A stretch of DNA of 64,000 nt, taken from the NCBI GenBank assembly GCA_951406725.2, contig OX597831.1, positions 58,776,001 to 58,840,000 of the forward strand. The letters are read 5' to 3'. The first letter of the stretch is position 1, and the number at the start of each line of letters is the position of its first letter. This DNA is from Octopus vulgaris. Taxonomy: Eukaryota. A program made the translations under genes and the position numbers. Under the pieces are notes generated by a model that was given only the letters and a program-made list of their open reading frames with translations, did no database searches and had not been told where the DNA came from. This document shows positions 26,553 to 39,907 of the stretch, in pieces.

Positions 26553-26923
26553 CAGTTCGCCATTTATTCGTAATCACTAGAATTGTTTTCACGCAATGTA
26601 GTTCTCCAGCCTCGCAAATATTAGGTTGTGCAACCATAAACCTGCATTATGTGATCTTATTGTGTTCTCGCAGGTGATATAAATAAATAATATTGTCTCT
26701 GCTAACACAATATCTCAGCTACCAGCGCATCAGAACGCCAGACAAAGGATGCACTTGAAGCTGAGATTTTGAATTTACAGAGACAATATTTATTGATATA
26801 TCACCCGAGGAAACAACTAGATATCACATTGCAGGGAAACGGTGGCGCGACCAAATAGCTGCGAGTCTGGAGAACTACGTTGCGTGGAAATAATTCTAGT
26901 GAGTACAAATAAATGTCCAACTG
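26553..26923. mobile_element. Foldback MITE (~370 bp, almost entirely imperfect palindrome), probably Tc1/mariner-type
   Basis: CAGTT...CATTTATTCGTAATCACTAGAATTGTTTTCACGCAATGTAGTTCTCCAG is mirrored at 26868-26923; pairing continues inward for ~165 bp; CAGT termini, TA on the right side. Confidence 0.85.
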
Positions 26924-27096
26924 TACTCCTTCATGTTGACTCCAATTTATTCAATTGTGCATTGGATCGAACCGGGGGAAATCTGCAGGTGGGGTGCTTT
27001 ATACTGTACTGTGTTAAATTCTGAGCAGCATACAACCTAACTTATATATAAATATATTCATAAATACATTAATTAATTATATATATATATCATCAA

Positions 27097-27171
<75 letters not shown>

Positions 27172-27240
27172 ATATCTATCTACATGTCTGTCTCTATGTC
27201 TGTATGTCTGTCCGTCCGTCTGCCTCTCTGTCTGTCTATG

Positions 27241-27277
<37 letters not shown>

Positions 27278-27528
27278 TTGTGTCTGTGTGTGTGTATACA
27301 AATACTACTTCTATAACTTATATCTTTTATATCTCCATGGCTTCATTATAAAGTGTGTCACGATAACTCGACCCGATATATTTACGTGCAGAACGCTCAG
27401 AAACTAGGAATACTCAGTCACATACATGTTATGTTTACCCGGCAGTTTGCTTAATTGGTTGAACCCATCATTGCTTAGTTTTGAAAGCGAAACAGATGGG
27501 GAGGAGCAAACTAACACTTCTTTCTATC

Positions 27529-27674
<146 letters not shown>

Positions 27675-27703
27675 CCTAATTAATAATAAGGGTAATTTTA
27701 TAA

Positions 27704-27855
27704 ATCTTGTTTGTTGCTAACACAGAGTTTCGGCTAATATACCCTCCAGCCTTCATCAGGTGTCTTAGGGAAATATTGAACCGTGGGTATATGGCGTAAT
27801 GGTTAAGAACGCGTGTGACTAACCCCAACATTCCGAGTTCGATTCCAGGCAGTGA

Positions 27856-27933
<78 letters not shown>

Positions 27934-28096
27934 CAACAACAACAACATCAAAAAGTACATTAGGAATGAGAACCCAGGTTCAATATTTCCCCAAGACACC
28001 TGATGAATGCTGGAGGGTATATGAGTCGAAACGTTGTCTTAACAACAAAAAAGATGAGGACAAATATCCGTCACATATATATAATCTAAATAATAT
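27704..28096 (+). mobile_element. tRNA-headed SINE-like element with (AAT)n linker and hammerhead-like tail, preceded by an inverted partial copy of the tail
   Basis: A box TGGCGTAATGG and B box GAGTTCGATTCC (27785-27860); (AAT)n; GACAC-CTGATGA...GAAACGTT at 27995-28040; 27704-27782 is the reverse complement of ~27977-28056; second copy at 44645-44944 (-). Confidence 0.8.
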
Positions 28097-28100
28097 AAAA

Positions 28101-28201
<101 letters not shown>

Positions 28202-28317
28202 CTCTCTCTCTCTCTCTTTATATATATATATATATATATATACTCATATACACAAACATATATATATGTATATTTAGAGGAATATATCTATAGGCATCTG
28301 TATATTCATATATACAT

Positions 28318-28365
<48 letters not shown>

Positions 28366-29338
28366 TACTTATATAGATATATCCATATGTATTTATGTAT
28401 GTGTGTATAAGTATAGTTATATCAGGAATGCAAACGAACATGTCTTGTTATCGAATGCATTGCTTGCGTATGTCAGTAATGCGTCTCTATAACAAGCAGA
28501 AACTTTAACCTGAAGATAAAGAGAGGCTACATATCTGTCAGGAAACTAAAACTCATGGAATATGTATTCTTCGGATATTAAATATAATTTACTCAGTCCA
28601 TTGCATTAAATGTACAGCTTTTGCTATGATTAAATGATTGTAAGAACTGTACATTTTACATCAAATAGCATTACCTCAACTACAATGATACCGTTTGATG
28701 AGGAAGTTTCTTGCTTTCTTTCAAGTTCCATTGTATTCTGTTTTCTCTTTGTTTCAGCTCTTGTGCAATTTATTTTCCGTGTTATTCTATAAGGGAGAAT
28801 GTTTGGCGCAGTATTAGTATTTCGTTAATATTTCTGAACCATGCAAAATTTCCAATATCTGCTGGGATATTAAAGTATAGAAGGATCAGAACACATTTTT
28901 ACTGTTCAATAACATTTTATCTTTGAATAGTTTTATATCTTGAAACAGCAGCACCGAGGTATTTTATAGATATATCGCTAATACCATAACAGGTATTGTG
29001 TTTGGGTTTTATCATTGTTAGTTATGTTTTTACTGCTTATTTATCTTGAATAGTTTGCAGTAGTGGGTATGTGTGTGAGATACGTTTTATTATTTCTGTG
29101 TATTTGTCTATTTATTATGTGTGTATACGAGAAAGTCTTAGAAGATTTGTTTGTTAAAAACATTGCTACGTTGCTAAGTATATGCATACAGCCATTAAGA
29201 TTCGTGTAGGAATGCGTATGAAATTGCGATGCAGTTCTTGCGAGAGTAGCTATGATTACATGCATATTCTGTAGAAGAGGCAGCTTTTGCGCATTTTTCT
29301 CATGCCATGTGTGTTTGTATGTGTGCTCATATACATAC

Positions 29339-29427
<89 letters not shown>

Positions 29428-29441
29428 CATATATATATGCA

Positions 29442-29820
29442 CTAGCAGTATCGCCCGGCGTTGCTCAGGTTTGTAAGGGAAATAACTATAAAGCATTTTT
29501 AGAGAGTTATAGCCATAAAATAGCAAAAAAATGGAAAAAAATGATGGTAAATTTTTTTTTTAGTTAAAAAAGGTGGAGTTGCGTCCCCTAGACAGTTTGC
29601 GGTTTGTGTTTCTAATTCTCGACCCCATGTCGAATTTATCGATTTTTTTCAGAACTGGGGGAACTTTTCAAAATTTTCGCTGCGTTAGTTTTGAATTATG
29701 ACATTGGGCTATGTGTGTGTCATGTTTCATCAGAATCGGTTGAAAGCCGTGGTCAGGGTGAGGGTACAAGCAAACAGACACACAGAAACACGCACAGACA
29801 AACTGCCGTTTATATATAGA
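29442..29820 (-). mobile_element. Non-autonomous Helitron
   Basis: Minus strand starts TCTATATATAAACGGCAG followed by a (TGTC/TG) microsatellite and ends CCTGAGCAACGCCGGG-CGATACTG-CTAG|T (GC-rich subterminal hairpin plus CTAG); no TSD or TIR. Confidence 0.75.
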
Positions 29821-29869
29821 GAGAGATATATATACATATATATATATACATGTATATATACATATATAT

Positions 29870-29917
<48 letters not shown>

Positions 29918-29925
29918 ATATACAT

Positions 29926-29960
<35 letters not shown>

Positions 29961-29988
29961 CATACATACATACATACACACGCACACG

Positions 29989-30027
<39 letters not shown>

Positions 30028-30028
30028 C

Positions 30029-30236
30029 CTTTTATTGTTTTATTTGTTTCACTCAATTGACTGCGGCCGTACTGGAGCACCGCCTTTAGTGGAACAAATC
30101 AACCCAGGACTTGTAAGCCTAGTAATTGGTCTATCGAAATCTTTTGCCGAACCGCTATTGTTATGGGGAAGTAAACACACCAACATCGGTTGCCAAGCGA
30201 TAGTGGGATGAAAACACAGACACACAAACATAAACG

Positions 30237-30277
<41 letters not shown>

Positions 30278-30421
30278 TTACGATGGGCTTCTTTCAGTTT
30301 CCGTTTACCAAATCTGCTCACAAGGCTTTCGTTGGCCCGAAGCTATAGTACAAGACACCTACCGAAGGTGCCACGCAGCTGGACAACCCGCAAGCTACTT
30401 ACCACATCGCCACTCCTGCGC
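30029..30421 (-). mobile_element. tRNA-derived CORE-like SINE
   Basis: Colinear with 37405-37829 and 60277-60701, with an internal deletion in the head. Confidence 0.85.
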
Positions 30422-30532
30422 ATTGGCTACTTACCATATATTCATGCAGAAAGAGTGACACAGAGAAAGAGAGAGATGTACATGCATACATAAAGTCATG
30501 TTTACATATAAATGTATATATATATATATACA

Positions 30533-30612
<80 letters not shown>

Positions 30613-30678
30613 TACATTTATTATGTAGGTAGGTATATATATATAAAATGTATATATGTACGTATGTATGTATCTATC

Positions 30679-30725
<47 letters not shown>

Positions 30726-30730
30726 GTAAG

Positions 30731-30782
<52 letters not shown>

Positions 30783-32397
30783 TCCAAAGTTTTCAGCTTG
30801 TTCATGTCGTTGGTTAGAGTGTGCGCATAAATATTGCCATATATTAATTTACATATATTGGTATAAAAAGATTATTCACGTGCGTACAAAATCTGGGAAT
30901 GGCAATCGTTTTATCGCAGTTATGTTCGTGCATCTCTTTTCACTTGTTTCCATTTACTGCAAACGCTAGAGTAGGTGGCATTTTCTAAGGTTCTTTAATG
31001 CTTACTGCTCTATAATTCTCTTTTTAGTCTAGGTGAAATGGACTGCACTTGTGTATTACTATCTAGTATTCTCTTCCTTGTGCGCATCTTTCATCAGTTG
31101 TGTATGCTTCTATGTATATCCATGCGTGATTGTCAATACGTATCGCTCGTTTCCTTAGTGTGGCTACCAGCACATAAATTAGACCAGAATAACTCCTAAA
31201 AAGCATAATTTTAGAACAGTAATCTTGTTTCTTCATAGTTATTGCCTTCATGTAAATGATAAATATATTTCATTGGTATTTGTTAGATATTTGATATCCC
31301 ATACTTTCGTGTTTTATTTGCAAGCTTCCACGGAATATACATTGAGGCTGCATCGTTGCCATAAATACTTAATACTTTCTTCAGTATATGACACACATTT
31401 CGTAAACTTTTCCCAAATGATTTATGAATTTCGCAAGGGATAATACACAAATAGATAATTTAGCAAGTTTATTCGCTATTGTAGTATTATATAGAAGGGT
31501 AAAGAACTAGATTTCAAGGAAGCATGCAATGGATTTCACCGATAAAACTTCGTTTATAGAAAAGCACATGGGCGCATCTAAGCGAACAGTTGATCTGCGC
31601 AACATAGCAGCAAAATGACTGTTAACTAACTTGCTAAAATTTGGAAATGTAGCACTGACATATTGAATATTATAGTCCTTGATGAATTAATTTTGGTTTA
31701 CTTGTCGAGTACGGTAGACATGAACCACGAAAATAGAAATTATCAATGACTAGAAATATATGAATTATTTCAGCAAGTAAGGGAAACAACTCCATATATA
31801 TTTCAGTATTATTAACCATCGTTAGCGAAGTATAGATTCCACTCTACTTGTGGACATTGTGAAGAGAAAATCACTATATAGTATGAAATATAATAACTCA
31901 AGACTTTGCGATATAAATAAGCTTATCTGTTACTAAAATTGAATATATCACCAGATATTAATTTTCCGAAAAAGGGAGCAATTTCGCAGTCGCCAACAAT
32001 ACCAGTTAATAAAATTCCTGAAATTAGGCCAAGAGACGAGGAAGTTATTGACGTTAAAATCAGAGAACATATTTCATGACTTATATCAAGGTTTAATATT
32101 AAATTTGCTTTCCGTTCTGACTTCTTCATATTGAGTTAATAATCAGAGTGTTATGAAGTCTATGAAATTGACGATAAGACTTTGGTTGCAATGATAAGAA
32201 TGTAGACTCGTTACAATGCTGAATAAGATGTCATATGTTATTTGTCCTTGGTTTTTGCGTTTTGAATTCAAATCCAGCCGAGGTCAAATATTTCTTTCAT
32301 TCTTACTTTATGGAAAGAATGGGCGATGTCAGACACCGGAGTAATTATAATCGACAAACCTCTCACACGGTCATCAAATATAGAGTTTTCATATGTT

Positions 32398-32398
32398 A

Positions 32399-32469
<71 letters not shown>

Positions 32470-32480
32470 TTACTACTATA
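32398..32480 (+). repeat. (TAC)n microsatellite flanked by decayed SINE fragments (32235-32360, 32487-32590)
   Basis: Direct reading; GAATTCAAATCCAGCCGAGGTC and GAACTGGCAGAACCTTTAACACGCCAGACAAAATGCTTAGC resemble the family at 50788. Confidence 0.8.
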
Positions 32481-32871
32481 TCGAACTGGCAGAACCTTTA
32501 ACACGCCAGACAAAATGCTTAGCTGCATTTCCTCAGTCTTTACATTCGGAGTTCAAGTTCCTCTGCAATCGACTTTGCCTTTTATCCTGACGGATATGTG
32601 TAGCATACTGACAATTGTATTTCATGATTTACACAGTCCTGTGTTTGCGAGACCTGTGTTGGTGACAGAGATTATGCGGTCGATATTCACTGAATGTTCT
32701 CTGCATGTGCAGCATGATGTGCAACTCTGAAGTTTCAAAACATTACTCGGGTATTTCCCAGCTGTAATGCAAGGATCCTGAGCAAAAATGACATACATTT
32801 TTACTTTCTAGGTTTGAGAGCAGAGTATGTCAGCCACTGACAGGTAAGCGTTAGGTCTTCTTCTTCTTCTT

Positions 32872-33133
32872 GCGAGTAAAGAGGTTGAAAAGAATCACTA
32901 GGTACACCAAATTGAAAGTGGAAATGGCAAGACTGAACGAAATGCAAGAGAGTAATGGAAAAGTGATACCAGTAATCGGAGCGTTGGGGTCAACCACATT
33001 GAAACTTCATCACTTCTTTAGGCAAGTGGAAATCCCATGCTAGATTGACGTCTTGCAAAAAGCAGCCTTATTGAGCAGAGCGCACATCTTAAGGAAAGTA
33101 TTTTCTGACTTGACAGATGACTAAAGACTCCGG

Positions 33134-33176
<43 letters not shown>
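32872..33176 (+). mobile_element. 5'-truncated R4/Dong-like (restriction-like endonuclease) non-LTR retrotransposon fragment with (ATT)n tail
   Basis: Manual translation KEVEK/ITRYTKLKVEMARL...KVIPVIGALGS...LQKAALLSRAHILRKVF matches the typical RLE C-terminus of this clade; one frameshift and one stop; (ATT)n follows immediately. Confidence 0.8.
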
Positions 33177-35028
33177 GAGTGGGAGAGCAGTGGATACCAT
33201 CAGAGTAACACTGGGAAAAATATATGAAGCCCATCTTGGCTACCTGCCTGATACGGGAACACCAGGCACATGCATCACAAACATATGTGCAGCCTTTTCT
33301 ACTTAAAAGGTTTCTCGTTACTATTTTGAACGTCGTGGAACTAAGACTACATTATCTGATGACTGTATTATCAGTATATTAAACTTTAGTTTGAGGAAGA
33401 TTTGGCTACTCTTTTACTTTCAGCTAATTGATAAACTACATATCGTCTCGTGGATTCCAAATAAACTATTTTTTTATTGTCAAACTTAGTGCCCCTCTTT
33501 ATCAATAGTTCATTTATATTATCAGAAAAAATGTTGAACTCCAGAGAAAGCGAGATTGTATATCATCTAAGAAACTACTACGCATGGAATATGAATTCAG
33601 TGGATATGAAATGTTATTTACTCAGTCCATCATCATTAAATCATCGTAGTTTTACAGCACAATTCCTCCGGCAATTTCACAAAATCATGTACCACTGCAT
33701 CCCAAATCTGATTAGCTTTGATTGAGTATGACTGTTTGGATTTATGGTTTCGTCTAGATGGAGTTTCAGTTGTCTTAATCGATAAGCTGTCAGCACTTCT
33801 TATCGTACTGAGCGATCATCGCTTATATCCTTAAGATGAACACTCTACGCTCCCACAAACTCTGTTATATTTAATAATCAAGTGAAGCACATTAGATATG
33901 AATGGAAGTATCAGAAAAGACTTTGTGCAGTATATTAGTACGTCGAGTGACTACACCGTGGCTCACGAAAGCAAACCATTCTTTATTAGAGCAGAAACAG
34001 TTTTAAGAAAGAAATAACAGATTAACTGATGTCTTTCTGCTTCCACAACATTGCGAATGGAATGTCTATGACTGTGGATTTCTTTGATCAGTGTCGGGAA
34101 AATCTCTAGCTTCAACAAATGTAAATTTGATCAATTACATTGGTTCCAGTAGTTGATCAGCCGTGTCTGCTTAAATGTAACATACGACCATGTGATAAAT
34201 GCCAGATATTGATAATTGTTTCTATGACAACGATAACAACTTCATTAGATTCTCCCGTATTACTAACATTCACTTGGGTTATACTAACACTACTTCCAAT
34301 TCCCCTCATATTTGCCTACTTTTGAAGACAAATATAGATTACATATAGACACGAAATAGAATGATCATATTAATTAAGTTTCAGAAAACTTCGATGGAAG
34401 AGTTAGTCATCCTGTCTGTTTAATACTACTAACTATCTCTGGATTTTGTTTTTATTGAATTGGACTTTGTTGCAGGTATTCTGAACAGATTTCCAACCTG
34501 GTGCTTCCACTCTCAGAGGTATTGTAGTCAGTTAAGAGGTGATTCATTATACCTTTTTACAGTCCACCAAAATCTATATTTATACATGTGCATCCAGTAT
34601 ATTCACTATATGTAAATAAATTAGGATATTAGAAGATGAGTATGAACTAAAAGATTTTTCATAACTAAATAACTAAATTTCTAATAACATAATGATGTAC
34701 TAATAACATAATAACAGTATTTTAGAGAGAACCTTGGTATATAAAATGATTTCACCTAGAATATAACAAAACGTATTTAGAGTATACATTTATAGGTTGT
34801 TAAATATATTATATTTCAATGGAAATCAATTTAGAAAATGATGGGGAATAAACCATCAATCAAATGTTGAAAAATAAGTGTAAGCTTTTAAGATTATTGA
34901 ATCTTAATCACGAAAGTAAAACGCAGTCGAGGAATTTCCAGGAAGAAAATTGATGAATGCAAGATAAATATATATTGGTGTCGAGGCTAACTATCGTACA
35001 TGCATACACACACACACACGCACATACA

Positions 35029-35064
<36 letters not shown>

Positions 35065-35087
35065 TACATACATACACATATCCATAT

Positions 35088-35144
<57 letters not shown>

Positions 35145-35159
35145 CACATATCCAAATAC

Positions 35160-35190
<31 letters not shown>

Positions 35191-35679
35191 AGTACTCATA
35201 GTAAATAGATGTATAAAAGAAAAGAAAAAACTCTAAAACACTAAGTGTATTAATTTAGTAAAGTGTGAATTTAGTTTTTGAATGACTGATTAAAGTGCTG
35301 GAATAGAACAATTCTCATCAATTCATTTCCTCTGAAAAGTGATTATAATTTAAAATAATATGTATCTGAAATTTTTATCTATTATCTCAACCATTCATTT
35401 TAAGCATCTCGGTAAAGCTGACATCACGGAAGATTTAATCAAAATATAAAACTAAAACAAAAATCAGACATTTAGATTTATGAACATTAACGCGTGATAA
35501 TTGGTAGAAATCGGAGACTAGAGGAGAAAAAAGAATTACGGTATTTTGTTTCCATTCACTCCGCTGCAGGTTCAAACGCACACAGATTTGGCTTTGCACA
35601 TAATTCATTGGGAAGTAATGTCAGTGAAATAACATCAGATATCTACTGGAGCTATTCAGTAGCCTACCTTATTCACCGT

Positions 35680-35963
35680 GGAGGCACATGGCATAGTGGT
35701 TAGAGCAGCGGTCGAGGGATCGCGGATTTCGAATTTCAGAGCGGGCGATGTGTTTGTTTATGAGCGAAACACCTAAGCTCCACGCGACTCCGGCAGAAGG
35801 TAATGGCGAACCTCTGCTGACTCTATCGCCACATCTTTCTCTCACTCCTGCATCTTGCAGCTCCCCTGCGACCGACCGGCGTCCCGTCCAGGTGGGGAAC
35901 CTATACGCCAAGGAAACCGGGAAACCGGCCCCTATGAGCCAGGCGTGGCTCGAGAAGGAACAA
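35680..35963 (+). mobile_element. tRNA-derived SINE with a Meta-like central domain (MetaSINE-like)
   Basis: A box TGGCATAGTGG and decayed B box; CCCTGCGACCGACCGGCGTCCCGTCCAGG...GGAAACCGGGAAACCGGCCCCTATGAGCC resembles the Meta domain as recalled; CTTATTCA repeated at 35668 and 35971 (possible TSD). Confidence 0.65.
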
Positions 35964-36631
35964 ATGAAATCTTATTCATCAAAAATGATAGAATACTTAA
36001 AAAAAAATACAGGAACAGTTAATTAAGACAAACAGTAGATTATCCGTCTGAGTTAACTAAAATTTGTGCGCCTAGATTCGCATGTTCAAATTACATCAAA
36101 TTTCAGCTATATTTTCATCGATTAGGGAACATATTACTACGCAATATTTTCGTATGTGGTCAAAACAAATACGCTATTAATACAGTTTAGTAGAAGTGAT
36201 GGCAACAGTAGCAAAATATATAACTCCAGGATAAAATCAGTCGCTTATTCTGTTATTCCTTTAAGACTGTTCTGGGACAAACAACTATAATAAATACCTT
36301 ATAAATATTGCTGTGTTTAAGGAAACTATGAATACATGTTTCAATGTATAGAGTGTACTGTTTATAATGATATAGTCTTCATTGAAATCTATTTGGAGGA
36401 GTTTATGACTTATTCATCTTTAGATCGAACTGACTTAGCTCTACATATAATCTTTTACTTTACCAAAGCATACAAACAAGACTTTTTTAATTTTCTTCTT
36501 TTCTACAAATCTGTCGTTGGCAAAAGTATTCATTATAAACCTAAATAGGCATTGCTACAATTGAATTTCCTCACACATGGGGAAATATAACATTTTTTAG
36601 TAGACTTTAGGCCTCGCAAATAAAAGCAACA

Positions 36632-37050
36632 CGGATTTTTTCGGTTTGAACGGCAGTTTTTTCTAGCGGTCTCATATGAAATTGTCACCCATAATTATGA
36701 CCCTAGTATCGATCTATTGCATTTCAATCTATTTTAAGTTTAGGGTTAGTTAGGGGGAAGGGTATCTTTTTTTCTTCACAAATGTAAATAAACTCAATCT
36801 GTTTCTTAAACGAGGGACATATTCATACGGTACAGAATGTTTTTTTACCTCAATAGACGTCAGTGATTAGTTGAAATTGCAGAAATTGAAGAAAAAAAAA
36901 CAACAAACATCTTTCAAACTATAGAATTTTCTCAATAAAGCCAAGAGAAAAAGATGTTTTATAAACACATTCTACCAGTATTCGAAGTTTAAAATTTTTT
37001 AGTTACCTAGAAATTATGTTAAAAACTTCCGTTCAAACCGAAACGATCCG
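36632..37050. mobile_element. MITE / non-autonomous DNA transposon with ~30-bp TIRs
   Basis: CGGATTTTTTCGGTTTGAACGGCAGTTTTT versus AAAAACTTCCGTTCAAACCGAAACGATCCG; internal TTAGGGTTAGTTAGGG; superfamily not assignable. Confidence 0.85.
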
Positions 37051-37404
37051 TAAAATCTAACCCCAACTTATTTGCTTACGTATTCCACTTACCCTTTTTA
37101 CGATGGCTGATGGTAGATTTCCCAAATATGATTATTGATACATTATATATAATCGACACCTGCTCCGGACTTGCTCGATTCGTGTTAACATTTGAAACCA
37201 ATAATTAGATGTTTGTAAATTATTAAGTGTTTACAAGTCGAAACTCTGTTGTGAGTTTGTCGCGCTTAAAAGCAGGGTTCGAACCTGACACCTTAGAGTT
37301 TGTTATCCACTATGTAGATAGTGATGTTGAAATAGGAACCCGTGCACGGACACACCACACTTGGTATATAGACATACAGAAAAGAGGAAAGAGAAGAGAG
37401 ACTC

Positions 37405-37829
37405 TCTCTTTACTCTTTTTACTCTTTTACTTGTTTCAGTCGATTGCGGCCATGCTGGAGCACCGCCTTTAGTCGAGCAAATCGACCCCGGGACTTATTC
37501 TTTGTAAGCCCAGTACTTATTCTATCGGTCTCTTTTGCCGAACCGCTAAGTGACGTGGACGTAAACACACCAGCATCGGTTGTCAAGCGATGTTGCGGGG
37601 GGGCGACAAACACAGACACACAAACACACACACACATACATATATATATATATTTATACATATATACGACAGGCTTCTTTCATTTTCCGTCTACCAAATC
37701 CACTCACAAGGCATTGGTCGGCCCGGGGCTATAGCAGAAGACACTTGCCCAAGATGCCACGCAGTGGGACTGAACCCGGAACCATGTGGTTTGTTAGCAA
37801 GCTACTTAACGCACAGTCACTCCTACGCC
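37405..37829 (-). mobile_element. Full-length tRNA-derived CORE-like SINE
   Basis: Head GGCGTAGGAGTGACTGTGCGTTAAG, B-box-like GGTTCAGTCCC, ATCTTGGGCAAGTGTCTT core, central (TA)(TG) tract, (GTAAAAGA)n tail. Confidence 0.9.
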
Positions 37830-37929
37830 TAAAAAAAAAATTATAGATTCACCAGCTTCAAGTCAAAATGGTGACGTCGAATCCATTAAGTAGAAGCACA
37901 CACACACACACACACACACGCACACACAC

Positions 37930-37960
<31 letters not shown>

Positions 37961-39069
37961 AATATACATATATACATATATTTAATAGAAACATAATACA
38001 CACACGCTTATATAACTCTGTGTGTATATACAACCCACACATATGAAAACAAGTCAGTGGAATATTTTTGTTATTATCTATTGACCATTACATATGTTTC
38101 ATTTGCAAATGGGAATTAAAAACTGTACATGCTGGATAACAAATTTAGGATATCTTCAACCAGAGCCGTATATTATCCCCTGCCATATCGCAGCAAATGC
38201 TTCAGCGAAACACATACATATGTTGGACACTGAGCTATAATACAAAGATTCATGGTAAATAGAGACATAGAAATTACCTACGATACACTTATATCACTTA
38301 TGATATTAGGGAAGACATGAGCATCACAACATGTGATATGCCGTCTATCTTAAAAAATTAGTCTACGAAATATAAACGCAGTGTAACTTCACATGGATTC
38401 GCAACGGAAAAAAAAAGAATTTCTGAAGAAATCGATATCACAGAATCGGATGCTCTCTTACGGTGCGAAAACGCATCATCTTTACAACGTCTCACTTATA
38501 TAAACATGAAGCACTAGCGCATTGTCGTATTAGTATCACATTCACCAGGTGAAATAAAAGATACCGAAAGATATATATTATATCCAAGAATATGTTAAAT
38601 CAGTAATATCAATTTATAACTTTCACTGTCTCATCCTGAATATCGTCACATATCTCTTACATAATATCGATCTGTCCATTAGCCTGTATGTATTACAACG
38701 ATTAGTTTGGATCCGATTCATATAATTTTAGTTTCCTTTTAGTAAATATACAATAAATTGCAGTGGCAAATTAAAAGCATTCTAGGCAATTGGGAAATAT
38801 ACTTCTGCACATGAGGAATTCGTTGTTAAGCTATTTACTAACTGGTAATGCATTCTTGTTTAATTAGATGCATTCTGGAATGGCTCCTCTCCTCGACTAC
38901 CAACTAGGCTTGAGATACCTGCTACATAGAAAATCAGTTGCATACAGAGAATACCTAAATGTACATGAAGTCGCAAAAGTAGATATACACAAACTCACAC
39001 CCACACATATATACATTCGTGTTATGAGTTTATATATTATATATATGTACCTATATATATATGAATATG

Positions 39070-39137
<68 letters not shown>

Positions 39138-39163
39138 CACGCACATATATATATATATATTTG

Positions 39164-39211
<48 letters not shown>

Positions 39212-39224
39212 TATATATTGTATG

Positions 39225-39320
<96 letters not shown>

Positions 39321-39595
39321 TGAGAGATAAGAATACAGGAAATTGGAAAAATTTTGCGTATTATTTATTCTCCATTAGTTGTATTATTTGCTAAAAGGAA
39401 TGGCAGACTTGTAAATGTTGGAAAAACAGGTAAGAAATTTCCTGTGAGAGATTCTTCAGACAGTGAATCCGATACTACAAAATTCACATTTGGATGAAGC
39501 GTGTATGTATAGTTAGTAATCAGGAATATTATAGATAGTACGGTGAAGGATTAAAGAACAATTTAAGTAGTAAAGAAAAGGAAAACTACACACAT

Positions 39596-39648
<53 letters not shown>

Positions 39649-39670
39649 TATATATATAAATAGATATAGA

Positions 39671-39701
<31 letters not shown>

Positions 39702-39751
39702 GTGTTTACGTGTTTGGGTTTGTATATAATATCCGTACACACACACACGTA

Positions 39752-39799
<48 letters not shown>

Positions 39800-39858
39800 T
39801 ATATATATTTGAGTATGTATATATATACTGGACCAATCTTTGGTCGAAACATATCTAA

Positions 39859-39907
<49 letters not shown>

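Noticed and set aside
27785-27860. Possible functional tRNA gene (also 44860-44935)
   Set aside because: Acceptor and anticodon stems pair poorly, no T-run terminator, the two copies differ, and both are fused to the same repeat tail; treated as a SINE head
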